Positions 1-11,975 of a stretch of DNA of 64,000 bases are shown piece by piece. Positions within the stretch are counted from its first letter, which is position 1, and the number at the start of each line of letters is the position of its first letter. The stretch is from Chrysomallon squamiferum. Taxonomy: Eukaryota > Animalia > Mollusca. The position numbers were made by a program, and so were the translations under genes. The notes under the pieces are model-generated. The model was given only the letters and a program-made list of their open reading frames with translations. It did no database searches and was not told where the DNA came from. The stretch lies in NCBI GenBank assembly GCA_012295275.1, contig CM022673.1, positions 12,710,001-12,774,000 of the forward strand, read 5' to 3'.

Positions 1-93
1 TTCATTTTTTTTTTTTTTTTTTTTTTTTTATTCACTGAGGTATCAACCATCTTGATAACTAATATCAAGTTTGTTGAAAAAAGCGCCATCTTT

Positions 94-103
94 TTTATTT
101 ATT
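94..103 (-). promoter_or_regulatory. Possible polyadenylation signals (two overlapping AATAAA) in the TP53I11 3' UTR
   Basis: Plus-strand TTTATT at 94-99 and 98-103, about 80 nt past the stop. AATAAA is common by chance in this AT-rich DNA. Confidence 0.3.
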
Positions 104-182
104 ATCTCCCTTGAGATTTTGTAAACATTTCTTTTGTATTTCTTTGGAAACCAGTATTGTTTGGTTTTGTGAGGGTACCAGT

Positions 183-355
183 CTACTGCTCCTTGTCAAG
201 TTCCTTACAGGAAACCGATCGTTTTATGGCAATGAACTTGCAGCCAACGAAGTGGTAGAAGGCGTAACTTACGAGAGCAAACAAAACCCGGCAACCAAGA
301 AACATCATCACTTGTATGTTGAGCTTGCTGTTCACCAGAACGTCAATGGTGGTCA
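183..355 (-). CDS. TP53I11: TP53I11 homologue, distal terminal coding exon (5b): (V)TTIDVLVNSKLNIQVMMFLGCRVLFALVSYAFYHFVGCKFIAIKRSVSCKELDKEQ*
   Basis: Minus-strand acceptor TTTTTTCAG| at 357/356; enters in phase 1, matching exon 6937-7038; open to TAG at 185-183. Hydrophobic segment CRVLFALVSYAFYHFVG resembles the recalled human TP53I11 C-terminus (SRLLFVVISIYYYYQVG). Confidence 0.92.
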
Positions 356-3300
356 CTGAAAAAAAAATTAAAAAATTAAAATTGTAATTAAATCATGTTT
401 CGTTCTGAGGTTTTCATAAATAAATGAGAGATGATAATTATTAACAAGAAAAAAAAAAAAAAAAAAAAGACGAAGGTGAAAAGAAAAAAAGAAAGAAAGA
501 AAGAAAACATGATTATAGTGGGCAGAAATGCCGCTAAAATGATTAACAAAATGTTAAAGGCTCCAAAAATATTTGGATAATTTATAAAACAAGAAGGCTT
601 TAAAGAAAATGAAATAAAAATGAAAAGAAATAGAATATATAAATATATGTATATGTATATATGTGTATCAATACCAAACTAAATTCGACATACAAAGTTG
701 TATTTTTTTTAAGGTTTTTTTTTTTTTTTTTTTTTTTTAGACATGATTTTTAAAAATCTTTTTCAGCATTAATGAACTGAAAATAGTTTTTTTTGAAAAT
801 GAAAATGATATTTGTGAATGTTAAAATGGTTATATTATGACTTAAAATTTTATTGGTTACATATTTTAAGCATGCATTTGATTTCTCTTTTAAGAGTCAA
901 TGGTTATAAATTTTTCGTGTCTAAATAACATTTTATTATTAAAGATCAGTTAAACCAGTTAAAATGTCTCATTCTAGGTTTTAAATCCATCTTTTAAATT
1001 ATGTTTCAGAAAAAGTGCAAAATTACTTATTTTTGTTGCCTGAAGAGGTATTAAAGTTGATTCGTGTACTGAAATTCTGTGTGAGTCTATGTTTCTGAGT
1101 CATACTGATTCTGAATCAGAATACTTTAAAAAACTGTTGTTTTATTTTCTTTTAATTTTCTTTCTTTTTTTTTATTATTATTTTTATTTTTTATTTTTAT
1201 TTCTTTTTCTTCCTGTTTCCTTTTTCTTTTAATTTAAACTGTTAATTTTTTATAATATTATTTTTTAAATTTATTATTATTATTTAAAACACAAAAAACT
1301 ATATTAATTTTTAGAGAAAAGTTAATTTCTGTACAGTTACAGATATGATACTATTGTGTGTAAAAGAACAGTTTTTCAATGATCAACTATCTAAGTCAGC
1401 TTAATTGAATTGTCTGCAACTAAAAGGCATCTGATGTCTAGCTTAATTTTAAAACAATATTTTTGAACAATATTTATAGATAAGGTTTAATAGGGCCTTA
1501 ATCTACAAAAAATAATAATACATATACACACTTCAGACTGATGTTTTATTATTATATTTGAAACTAAACCTTTGGCGATAATAAAGTATAAGATAAAATT
1601 ACAAGTTCACAAAGATTGACTGACTGCCAAAATTTCCTTTTAATTCTTTGACATTTTTTTATTTTGCTTTTATATGTATTAAATTTGATATTATATATTT
1701 CTTCTTTTTTTTTTTTTTCAATTTGATTTGGTTTTTTCCCATTTATTTTTTTATTTTTCATTTTAAGTCTTGATTTTACATAGAAATGTGAAGAAAAAAA
1801 GAAAATTGTAATGGCTATAGAGAATGACAGCTATGTTAATGATTCTGTCATTTATTTTATTACGAAAATAAGCAACCACTAGAAATCATTTAAGAGGGTT
1901 TTTTTTTAAATTTCCTTTACATTTAGAATATATATATATGTTTGCACTCTCACACATACTCATTAAATAAACTTGAAATCCGTGGAGAAACAAACTACAG
2001 ACTACAAATAATGTTCAAGCAAAATTTAATTCTATAAAGAGTTGTACAGTGGCTTGAAATAAATAAAAGTTTCTAAAGAAAAGTGTTTTGAAATGTCACA
2101 CAGGAGGTTGCTAAAAACAAACCATCCCAGAGGAAGAAAGAAACTGAAAGTTTTGCACCTGTCCATGAAACAGGTAAATGCTGGAGGTCAAAGGTAAAGA
2201 CAGAGGTCAAAGGAGCAAGGCTAGGTTAAGCAATAGCATCAAAACAAAATATGGAAAATGTTAGCTTTTTATTTAACAAAAAGTAATGTAGCAAGACAAA
2301 TCCAGAAATAAGCTTCAACAAAAAAAATAAATAAATAAATAAAAACTATTTCAGCATTATTACTGTTTGTTATGTTTTTTCTCCTTATTATTTTTACCTT
2401 GTTACTATGATTATTATTTTTATTTTTATCAATTATTATCATCATCATCATCATCATATATTCATTTATTTTTTTTTTATTTTATTTTATTAAAATATTC
2501 TTTTTTTATCATTATTATAATTATTGTTTTTATTTTTTTTTTTTTTTCCAGACTAAAATATTATTATTTTCAATTCTTGTTAGTGTCAACTGCTTATTTC
2601 TTTTTTAAGACTGTTGAAAGGGCAAAATCATTCATGAAATTAATTTTAATCTGACTTGCATTTTTTGTCAAAAGATGTTAGTCAATAAGGACCTCATGTT
2701 CAGGAGTTGTTTGCACAAGACAAAACTAACCAGGCTGGTTTAACTTGAACATTCAAATCTAGCATTATGAGCATTGTCTGAAGTGGCCTATGGTTATCCT
2801 AAAACAAATGCAAGATGATTGTTTTAAATTTTAGATCAAGAACCATCCGTAGCAATATTTATTAAATTTGTTTAATAAGTATTCAAACCTTTTCATAAAC
2901 ATTCAGCCATTAAGAACTAAATACTTAAAATAATTTAAATTTACTTCAAGAATAATACTTATATGTCTGTTTGGTCTCTACTTTTAGTATAATTTATACC
3001 TGAATATTTCAAAACTTTAAATGAAGCAAGTAGTGATCTGTAAGTATTCAGAATTGAATTTATTAAGATTAATTTGTATTTTAAATTCAGAAATAATATG
3101 TGTTTTACTGTTTTTCACTTTACTTAGATACAGGGATTGAGAAATCAAGTTAATAATGAACTTTAAGTATTCAGAAATTTACATTTAAAAGCAGTGGACA
3201 GATTAAGTATACAGATAACATACTAGATTTGATAGGTTAAAATGAACTGATTTTTTAAACTGATTTTCTGCCCACTTGCTTTTATTAATATATCAATTTT

Positions 3301-4970
3301 CATTTTTATCTTGTAAACAAAATGATAAATAGACATCTACATGGTTTTGTCAACATCATTGTTGTGAAGAGTGGGTTGTCATAATATTCAAAGATCTTAA
3401 GCCCCAATGCTCAAAATATTTCTTTTGATGGGTGAGATGTGGAAAAAATCTCCTTTAGGAAAGTGTTTGGTGGAAAATGTCTCCTGACAATTAGTGAGAA
3501 ACATTTCTTTTAATGATGAAATTGTGTACAAAAGAAAATGTTTAAAATGTGAGAAAACTCTTAAAAGATTTGGGTTAAAAAAATAAAAAAATAAAAAAGT
3601 GGCTTAAAATATGAGAATTTTTTTAAAAAGATTTAGTTAAAAAATAAAAATTGCTTTGAATGTGAGAAAAAAGTTTATTAAGGAGACCAGAACAAGAAAA
3701 AATTTAAAAAAATAGATATGGGAGAAGTTCTTAAGGAGAGTGAAATTTCCATAAGGAGGGTGAGAAATGGAAAAATCCCTAAGGAACAAGTATAGTGGGT
3801 AAAGAAGTAAAAAATAAACAGATGTGAGTGAAAGATAAAAGTGATGTCTAAACAGACATTAAAAATAAGGAAAAGCTATAAATCTAACAAACACAAACAA
3901 TATTTATTTTGTGTACCGTTTCTTCCATAATTGTTTTCTTTTATTTGTTTAATTTTTTTGTTTAATTTGTTAATGTTTGTTTTGTTTTTGTTACATTTAA
4001 CTTTTGTTTTCAATTTTTTGTTTTATTTATTTATTCATTCATTCATTAAGTATTTTTGTTTTATTTTATTTTTGTTTTCAACATATTTATTGTTTGTTTA
4101 TTTGTTTGTTTCTTTATTTCTTTATTCATTTACTTACTTTTTTTTTTTTTTTTATTTAATACAGTTCTTAATTATTTATTTTAAAATAATCTTTTTCATA
4201 AATAAATCACAATGCAGGTTTAAATAAGATAATAAATAAATAAAAAGAAAGCTCTATTTTCTATGAAACAACTGAGGGAGTAAATAAAACATTTTTAATA
4301 ATAATAAATAAATAAATAAGATAAGATAAGATAATAAATAAATAAATAAGATAAGATAAGATAATAAATAAATAAAAAAGAAGAATGCTCTATTTTCATT
4401 TAATCAAAAAGTCTAATTCAACATTCAAAAATTTATTTTTAAAGTTGTAAAAAAAAAAAAAATAAAGACAGATGCAAGTGAATATGACACAAATAAAACA
4501 AAAACAAAAATCTGATAAAAATCTATTTTTATTTTTAACAGAGGTAATACTACTATTGAATTCTGGGACATGACTGTATGATAAATGTTAATTTAATTGA
4601 TTGAACCAAAATTATATGAGTAATTATTTTATAGTCCAATAACAAAATCTGAAATAAAATCAGTTAATTTCATTCATCAGGATTATGCCATCAGTTGATG
4701 AATTTATTATATATATATACATCTACATATATTTGTTTTAAAAACAAGAACAATTTATTCTAATAATTTTTTTTTTTTTTTTATTGCAATTTGTTTGTAT
4801 GTTTGTACTTATTTATCTATTTTATTATTATTTTTTAAAATATATATTTATTATTTAAATAATTTTAATTCTCTTTTAATTTTTTTTTATTAATTTTTTT
4901 CTACTAAAAGTGTGAAATAGATTTTTATCAAATAATCAAAGCATTTATTACAACAAAAAAAAAATTTGCC

Positions 4971-5116
4971 ATGCCATGCTGAGCTGCACTACGCCGAACT
5001 AAGCTGCAACATGCCACCTTAGGCTGCAACACACCACACCAGGAAGCAACATGCCATGCTAACCTGCAACATAACACATTAAGCTGAAACACGCCACATT
5101 ACGCTGCAACATGCCA
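4971..5116. repeat. 20-bp minisatellite, ~7 copies (ATGCCACnnTAAGCTGCAAC-like)
   Basis: Visible 20-nt periodicity ending in GCTGCAAC/GCAAC. Confidence 0.9.
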
Positions 5117-5156
5117 TTTGATACCAGGGCAAGTTTCACTTACAACAAACATTTCA

Positions 5157-5326
5157 TCAATGATAATATCGTCCTTCCTTCGACCTCCAGTCCCTTCCCA
5201 TTATCCAGTAGAAATAGGAACTGAGAAGAATGCTTATAACTTTACAGCACATCATCAAAATAGGACTAATTGACAGGCTTTCGCGCACAGGATAGGAGAA
5301 TGCTGAAACTAAACAACACATCAACA
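5157..5326 (-). CDS. TP53I11: TP53I11 homologue, proximal alternative terminal coding exon (5a): (V)LMCCLVSAFSYPVRESLSISPILMMCCKVISILLSSYFYWIMGRDWRSKEGRYYH*
   Basis: Acceptor ATATTTGTCAG| at 5328/5327; phase-1 entry; 56 codons to TGA at 5159-5157. Motif CCKVISILLSSYFYWIMGR parallels GCRVLFALVSYAFYHFVG of exon 5b. A consensus donor GTAAGT follows 13 nt after the stop (exon end 5144). Confidence 0.8.
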
Positions 5327-5413
5327 CTGACAAATATAATAATAGTCATTTACGTTACAGTCTGGATATACAAAACATACTCTCCATTGTAGCCTCTTGT
5401 ACTCGTCCAAAAA

Positions 5414-5540
5414 TATATTGTCTGGTGCTTCATTTAATTATTATATTGTCTGTATTTCATTTAATTATTATATTGTCTGTTGTTTCATTTAATTATATTG
5501 TCTGTTGTTTCATTTAAATAGACGGTCTGTTGTTTCTTTC
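5414..5540. repeat. ~30-bp tandem repeat, ~4 copies (TATATTGTCTGTTGTTTCATTTAAT)
   Basis: Direct repeats visible in sequence. Confidence 0.85.
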
Positions 5541-5843
5541 AAATATTAAATTAATATAGTTTTTTTCAATGTTTAATTTCTTATTAATAATATTACTAAA
5601 TTCTGCACTGTGTTATAAATATTTTAAATAAAATCAATCAAATTTAATTTTTTATTTTAATAATAAATACAGTTACATTTTTATTCTTACTAAATTAAAC
5701 TAAATTAAATCATATTTCTGTGGAGTTTTATTTCTTACTTAATTACAGCTGATTAATTTAAAAATAATAAATGTGAAAAAGTGAATACAGTAGTGTTGGC
5801 TATATGTTAAATATACTTAAACAAAATATGAAGAAATAGGATT

Positions 5844-5884
<41 letters not shown>

Positions 5885-6936
5885 CCCAATTGAAAACTGT
5901 CAGCCATTTTGTTTCAGAAGACATTCTTACAGCATGCTTAAAATATGTACCAAGATATGAAATATCAAGTGTGTAGCAGTAACAAAAATATACATCAAAA
6001 TATGAAACATCAAATGTATGACACTATAAATATTTCTTAGGATATTAAATGTAAAATGTATATCTATATGTGAAACACCCACATGGACAGTATATTATAT
6101 GTAAAATATGTACCAGTATTTGAAATATTATCTATTATATGTAAAACGTATTCATGTGAAATGTCAACTAAATTATATTTTGTATTAATGTAAAATATGT
6201 AAAAATATGTAAAACTTCAATTGGATATTAAATATTGAAGTACTTAAATGTAAAAAATATATTAAATGTAAAATCTACTGATTATGTAATGTAAATCATG
6301 TTTCAACATGATAAATGCACAATTTGTGCACAATTTGTATGAAATGTAAAACTTATGGCTGTAAAAACTTAGGTAAAATTTGTATCAGCATGTAAACATA
6401 TTAGCTTACTGAATGAAGAACATGTAATATCACTATGAAAATGTAAAATGTAATATTAGCTTATGAAATGTGAAATTTCTGCCTGTAATAATAAAACAAA
6501 GTATTATGAGTTTATGAAATGTAAAATATATGAAACATAAAAATATAACATGAATTAATTTAATATTCACCAACTATATTCAGTGTTTACTTTATTTTTA
6601 TTTGACAGGAAAAATTAAAAAATAAAATTTAATGATAATGATAAATAAAAATTAAATTTCCCAATATACCAAATAACTAACAATGCATACAAAATAAACA
6701 ATAATAAATATTTATACAATAAAAAACAAACATTTCAAGATATGCACAGATAAATTTTACATTTGTAATCAATTGAAGAATACATAATACACTTAGTGTT
6801 CACTTTTCACAGCAAAAATAAAATTAAAGGCTTTGTAAATTTGGCTGAAAATGATTGGTTACAAATACGACCAATCACAGATGAGTTTACTGACTACAGG
6901 TTGTAACAGATGATGTGATTAGCTGAAGTGACTTAC

Positions 6937-7038
6937 CCAGTGTCTGTAAACTGAAGAACACAATACTGGAGAGGAGAACACAACGGATGACATCTTTGTC
7001 TTGTGACTCTAACGTGTTCCAGTATAGTAACGACAAGC
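6937..7038 (-). CDS. TP53I11: TP53I11 homologue internal exon: (S)LSLLYWNTLESQDKDVIRCVLLSSIVFFSLQTL(V)
   Basis: TTCCAG| acceptor and |GTAAGT donor; 102 nt, phase 1 to 1; matches recalled human [22 protein letters not shown]...GVQFLV. Confidence 0.96.
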
Positions 7039-7520
7039 CTGGAAATCAAAACAGAATGAAAATTAGGACAGAAACTGAAAGTCAAAACGGAATAAAGATT
7101 AGGACAGAATTTAGAAACTAAAAGCCAAAACGGAATGAAGGTTAATTAGGAAAGACCTCTGAAACTGAAAGTCTAAATAGAGTTAAAATTAGGGCAGAAC
7201 TTTGAAAGTCACAGCAGAATTAAAATTAGGACAGAACTTTGAAATCCACAATAGAATTAAAGTTAGGAGAGAACTTTGAAACCAAAAATCAAAACTGAAT
7301 AAATATTAGGATAGAAATTTGAAAATGCAAAACTTTAAGTCAAAAGAGAATTAAAGTTAGGACAGAACTCTTAAAATGAAATTTCCCCAAAACAGAAATA
7401 GTAATGACAAGCTTGGAAATCAAAACAGAATGAAGGTTATGACAAAAGTTTGGAAAATATAAGTCAAAACAGAATAAAAATAAGGATAGAAGTATAAAAA
7501 TTTAAAATAAAACAGAATTT
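7024..7520. repeat. Degenerate ~40-bp minisatellite (GAAAGTCAAAACAGAATTAAAATTAGGACAGAACTTT) abutting the exon 6937-7038 acceptor
   Basis: TTAGGACAGAA and CAAAACAGAAT motifs recur roughly ten times. Confidence 0.8.
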
Positions 7521-7972
7521 AAAGAATAGTATGCATCAAGCAATATTTTCTTGGAATTTGCCACAGAAATACATAATATCTTGATCATGTAACCTTTGGT
7601 TGATACAATAAAATGAAAATGTTAAAATACTATGTCTATTTTTTAATTTCTTGAACAAAAATTGAAAAGTATCAATTTAAATGAGCAATTTTTTTTTTTT
7701 TTTTTTAAATTAAATTGATTTTAAAATAAAATATTTTTCTATTTAAGTCTATTTATTTATTTATTTAATAGATTTGTGTTATACATTTATATTTATTTAT
7801 TTATTCATTCATTTATTAATTTATTATTTCATTCTGTCTTTCATTCATCCACCTCATTCACAGATTCCCCAATTAAATGAGAGAACATCTATTAATGAAC
7901 CAGCCTCACAGCAGTTCTACACATAAGCAGAAATGAAAATGAGCCACTGTAGTAAGACATTATCAAACTTAC

Positions 7973-8072
7973 TGAGAAGAGCAGCACCATAGAGTCTGAC
8001 AGGAAGTGTCAGGTATTTCCCTTCCTCTGTCTCGAAGGTCAGGTCAAACAGATGTGCAGGGAAAATCAGAGC
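7973..8072 (-). CDS. TP53I11: TP53I11 homologue internal exon: ALIFPAHLFDLTFETEEGKYLTLPVRLYGAALL(S)
   Basis: TGCAG| acceptor and |GTAAGT donor; 100 nt, phase 0 to 1; contains the conserved P-x-RLYG-x-ALL motif. Confidence 0.96.
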
Positions 8073-8611
8073 CTGCATAGAAAGAAAAAAAACAACATTA
8101 GAATAAAAAGATGATTTAAAATAAATAACTGTCTTGTATCATGTGAAAAACTTAAAACTAGATAAATAAATAATATGTACCAATAATAATGCTAATTCAA
8201 AATATATCCTTTTTTTTTTTTTTCCAAGTTTTTAAAAATGTTTTGTAATATTTTTGAAAAGTTTACTATTTATTTTTTTTCTGGTGGATTTTTTTTTTTT
8301 TTTTTTTTTCATTTTTATCATTATGTTTCCATGTTAAAACTTTATTTTATTTTTTGTTTTTTAATACATTTTCATTTTTCTTCAAAAAAATTTATGATAA
8401 AATAAAAAAAAAAATTATAAATAAAATAATAATGGTCTGAACTGTTTATAACAGTCTGAATGGTATCACTATTATAGTCAGCTGAAGGATTCTTACTAGA
8501 AACAGATGGAAAACACAGTTATTAATTCATACAAAGATTGAAAGGAAACAGCTTGATGCACTGAATGAAATATGGACAAATTACAGGTTGGCAGAATACT
8601 CTGATTATAAA

Positions 8612-8840
8612 GTGACCAATCACAGATCAGTTTTCGAAATAATTTATAAACTGATCAATTATAAGTTACTTTACTGCAAAGACAGTAAACTGAGCAATCA
8701 CAGATAAGGTTACTACTTTAAGATTGTAAACTGACCAATCACAGATAAGCTTACTGCATTAAATTGACCAATCACAGATTAAGCTTACTGAATAGATTGT
8801 AACAGACACCAAAGTGCTGTTGATTAATTGAAGTATTTAC
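8612..8840. repeat. Tandem CCAATCACAGAT-containing units; related single copy at ~6870-6935
   Basis: (GA)CCAATCACAGAT occurs several times; 8768-8835 aligns with 6870-6935. Confidence 0.7.
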
Positions 8841-9716
8841 ATACAGAAATGGAGTGATATTAATTGTCAGTGGATTTGGTGTGAAATGTAGGAAGTGTTT
8901 CAAATATTTATAGTTTCCCAAATGGTTTTATTTTCATTTTATACATCTGTCTCTGATTACTTCTGTGTTGCAGATGATCTCTTGGTAACATAAATAATGA
9001 TGTACCAATTCTCAGGATGTTAATAGTCTAAAATTACAATATAAAGAGCATTACTTAGGAATAATTTTGCTGCACTCAGTCCTTTTATTTCTTTTTGTTT
9101 CATTCATTCATTCATTACTTTATTCATTATTTCACTGTATCATTTATTTATTTACATGTACATTTATTTATTTATTTACTTTTATTTATTTTATTTTATT
9201 TTATTTATTAATTTGTTTTTGGACTATTTATTTATTTACTTACTTATAACTGACTTATTTATTTACTTATATTTTTAATTGTCTGTCTTTCTATCCATCT
9301 CTCTATCTCTATATCTATTATTCATTTAGCAAATCCCTGATTAAAAAAGAAAATATACACAAAGAAGTTCTAGAAGTTTTAAATTTATTTTAAATTTATT
9401 TCCAGTTCCAACATTATTTTCATTAAAACTGTAACAGCATTTATAAAATGTTCTAATTTTACTCTGATACAAAACATTTTCATCTAATTTATCATTTTAT
9501 TTTACATGGCTGACAATATTTGCATTAATAACATTAAAATATTTATTTTATTTTTACCATTTAAAGTAACTATGGTTTTAACATGAGACCAAACAGCTCT
9601 AGGCTAACTGAGTGATTTGAGCAAAGGTCAACATGACAGCAATAGCTTTATTTAAAATTATCTCGGAACTTTTCATACAGGATGATGCTAATTAATGTAA
9701 AAGGGAGATAACTCAC

Positions 9717-9824
9717 CCAAAGGGCAATAACTGTGAACATAATTGCCAGCAGAAGCTGCCATATTCTCAAACCATAAGGTAGTTTGATGTAAAGCTGGTC
9801 ACTGTGTCCCAGAATTTGACTCAA
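9717..9824 (-). CDS. TP53I11: TP53I11 homologue internal exon: LSQILGHSDQLYIKLPYGLRIWQLLLAIMFTVIALW
   Basis: TTTCAG| acceptor and |GTGAGT donor; 108 nt, phase 0 to 0; matches recalled human ISQVLG...PLGLRVWQ. Confidence 0.96.
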
Positions 9825-10470
9825 CTGAAAACAGAATAGAAAAAAGTTTTAAATTTGAATAATAATGAAATAATGGAAAAAAATTTAAAAAATAGTAAAA
9901 AAATCCACCAATAACAAACAAACAAAAACAAAAAACATAATGGATTTTTTTCTATAATAATGAAAACAAAATAGGTGACATTCATAAATAATAAAGTTAA
10001 AAAAAATTTAAACATTTTTATACTACATTAAAAAAAAAGGTAATATTTCTATGTAATAATGTAAAAAATAGATAATGTTCTTAAATAATAATTTAAATAA
10101 ATCAATAATGTTTTTAAATAATAATGTAAAAGATTGGTAATATTTTCAGTACTTCTCATATAAAAAAAAAAATGTATTTGTCTGAATCAGTCACATGAAT
10201 ACTTATTTGAAATTTTTTATTTTTACAGATTTTAAGGAGTTATCACTTTTCTTTCAAAAGCTATTAAAATTAACCAAATCTGCCTGCTGGCTACAGAGTA
10301 ACTAACAATTGAAAGTAGCCATCATAGAGAGATCCATTCTAAAAAATTAGCTGTGAAAATGAAATCTCACAAACAGAAGAGTTATAACAGAAACTTATGT
10401 TTTTACTTTTCCTTCAGCTACAAAATCTTAAAGCAGTTTTCAAATATCTGATGTTTTTATATGAAAAAGT

Positions 10471-10571
<101 letters not shown>

Positions 10572-11400
10572 CTCTATTTCCCTCACTCTCACTCACTCCT
10601 TCCCTCTCTCTGATTTATTTTTCTAAATTGATTTATTATACTTTATAACTCATTTATTTATTTATTTATTTGTTATTTATTTATTTATTTATTTATTTAT
10701 CTGTCTGTTTCTCTATCTATTTGACACTGATTTTGTAAATCCTAAACTGTAAAATAAAACATGAAACATTTTAGGTAATGTAAAAATTCATATGAATTTA
10801 ATTGCCAAATTTAAAAAAAATGTCTTCAATAACATAATAATATTTATTTTAAGTTAATAATACTGCATAATTTTGTTAAATATTTTTTTATATTTGTTTA
10901 TATATATATATAAAAAAAATTCTTCATTTTCTTTCAGATTTCAAAGCATTATAGATTAAATAAAATGACATCCTTTTCTTTTTCACAAGATGGACTTAAT
11001 GAACACTAGAAATTAATTAAAATTGCTAATGACCATTTATTTTAACAGAAAAAAAATAACAACTTTGGTGTGAAAAAAATTAGATGCTCCAATTCAGTTA
11101 TGTCATTAAGTTTGAAAATAACCAAAGCAAATGAAATTACAGTTGTTCATTAATCCAGGGCTATATTCATATATTCAAATAACCAAGAGATACAGTCTTA
11201 CAGCTCATTTGCATGTCATTAATATTCATGAGTAATCTGAACTGGTCCCTAATGCAATTAATGAAGGTGGAAGATTGTAATGATAGTCTTTAAATCCTAT
11301 TTTTAAATGTGATTTTATGGCAGATGATGTCACTGTTAAAACAAAGTCAAGAGAAAAAAAAAACCATTGTTTGACTGTTAATATATCCACTAATCATCTG

Positions 11401-11975
11401 CAATCAGATGATTTGACTGTTAAAATATGCTCTGAATGATCTACAGTCAGATGATTTGACTGTCAAAATATACTCTGAATGATCTACGGTCAGATGATTT
11501 GACTGTGAATGTATGCTCTGAATGATCTACAGTCAGATGATTTGACTGTCAAAATATGCTCTGAATGATCAACAGTCGGATGTTTTGACTGTTAAAATAT
11601 GCTCTGAATGATCTACAGTCAGATGATTTGACTGCTAAAATATGCTCTGAATGATCTACAGTCAGATGATTTGACTGCTAAAATATGCTCTGAATGATCT
11701 ACAGTTGGATGATTTGACTGTCAAAATATGCTCTGAATGATGTACAGTCAGATGATTTGACTGTCAAAATATGCTCTGAATGATCTACAGTTGGATGATT
11801 TGACTGTCAAAATATGCTCTGAATGATCAACAGTCGGATATTTTGACTGTTAAAATATGCTCTGAATGATCTACAGTCAGATGATTTGACTGCTAAAATA
11901 TGCTCTGAATGATCTACAGTCGGATGATTTGACTGCTAAAATATGCTCTGAATGATATACAGACAGATGATTTGT
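11401..11975. repeat. 43-bp minisatellite, ~13 highly similar copies (CAGTCAGATGATTTGACTGTCAAAATATGCTCTGAATGATCTA)
   Basis: Units start at 11401, 11444 and so on; near-identical copies with no spacers. Confidence 0.97.

Noticed and set aside
111-359. Plus-strand 82-aa ORF
   Set aside because: Antisense shadow of TP53I11 exon 5b; no recognisable protein.
5144-5220. Shorter exon using an internal CTCAG acceptor (FLFLLDNGKGLEVEGRTILSLMKCL)
   Set aside because: That frame needs phase-0 entry but the upstream exon ends in phase 1; the longer 5326 exon explains the region with TP53I11-like sequence.
11401-11975. CRISPR-like appearance (regular repeats with internal palindrome)
   Set aside because: Units are contiguous with no unique spacers, there are no cas genes, and the context is a eukaryotic intron.
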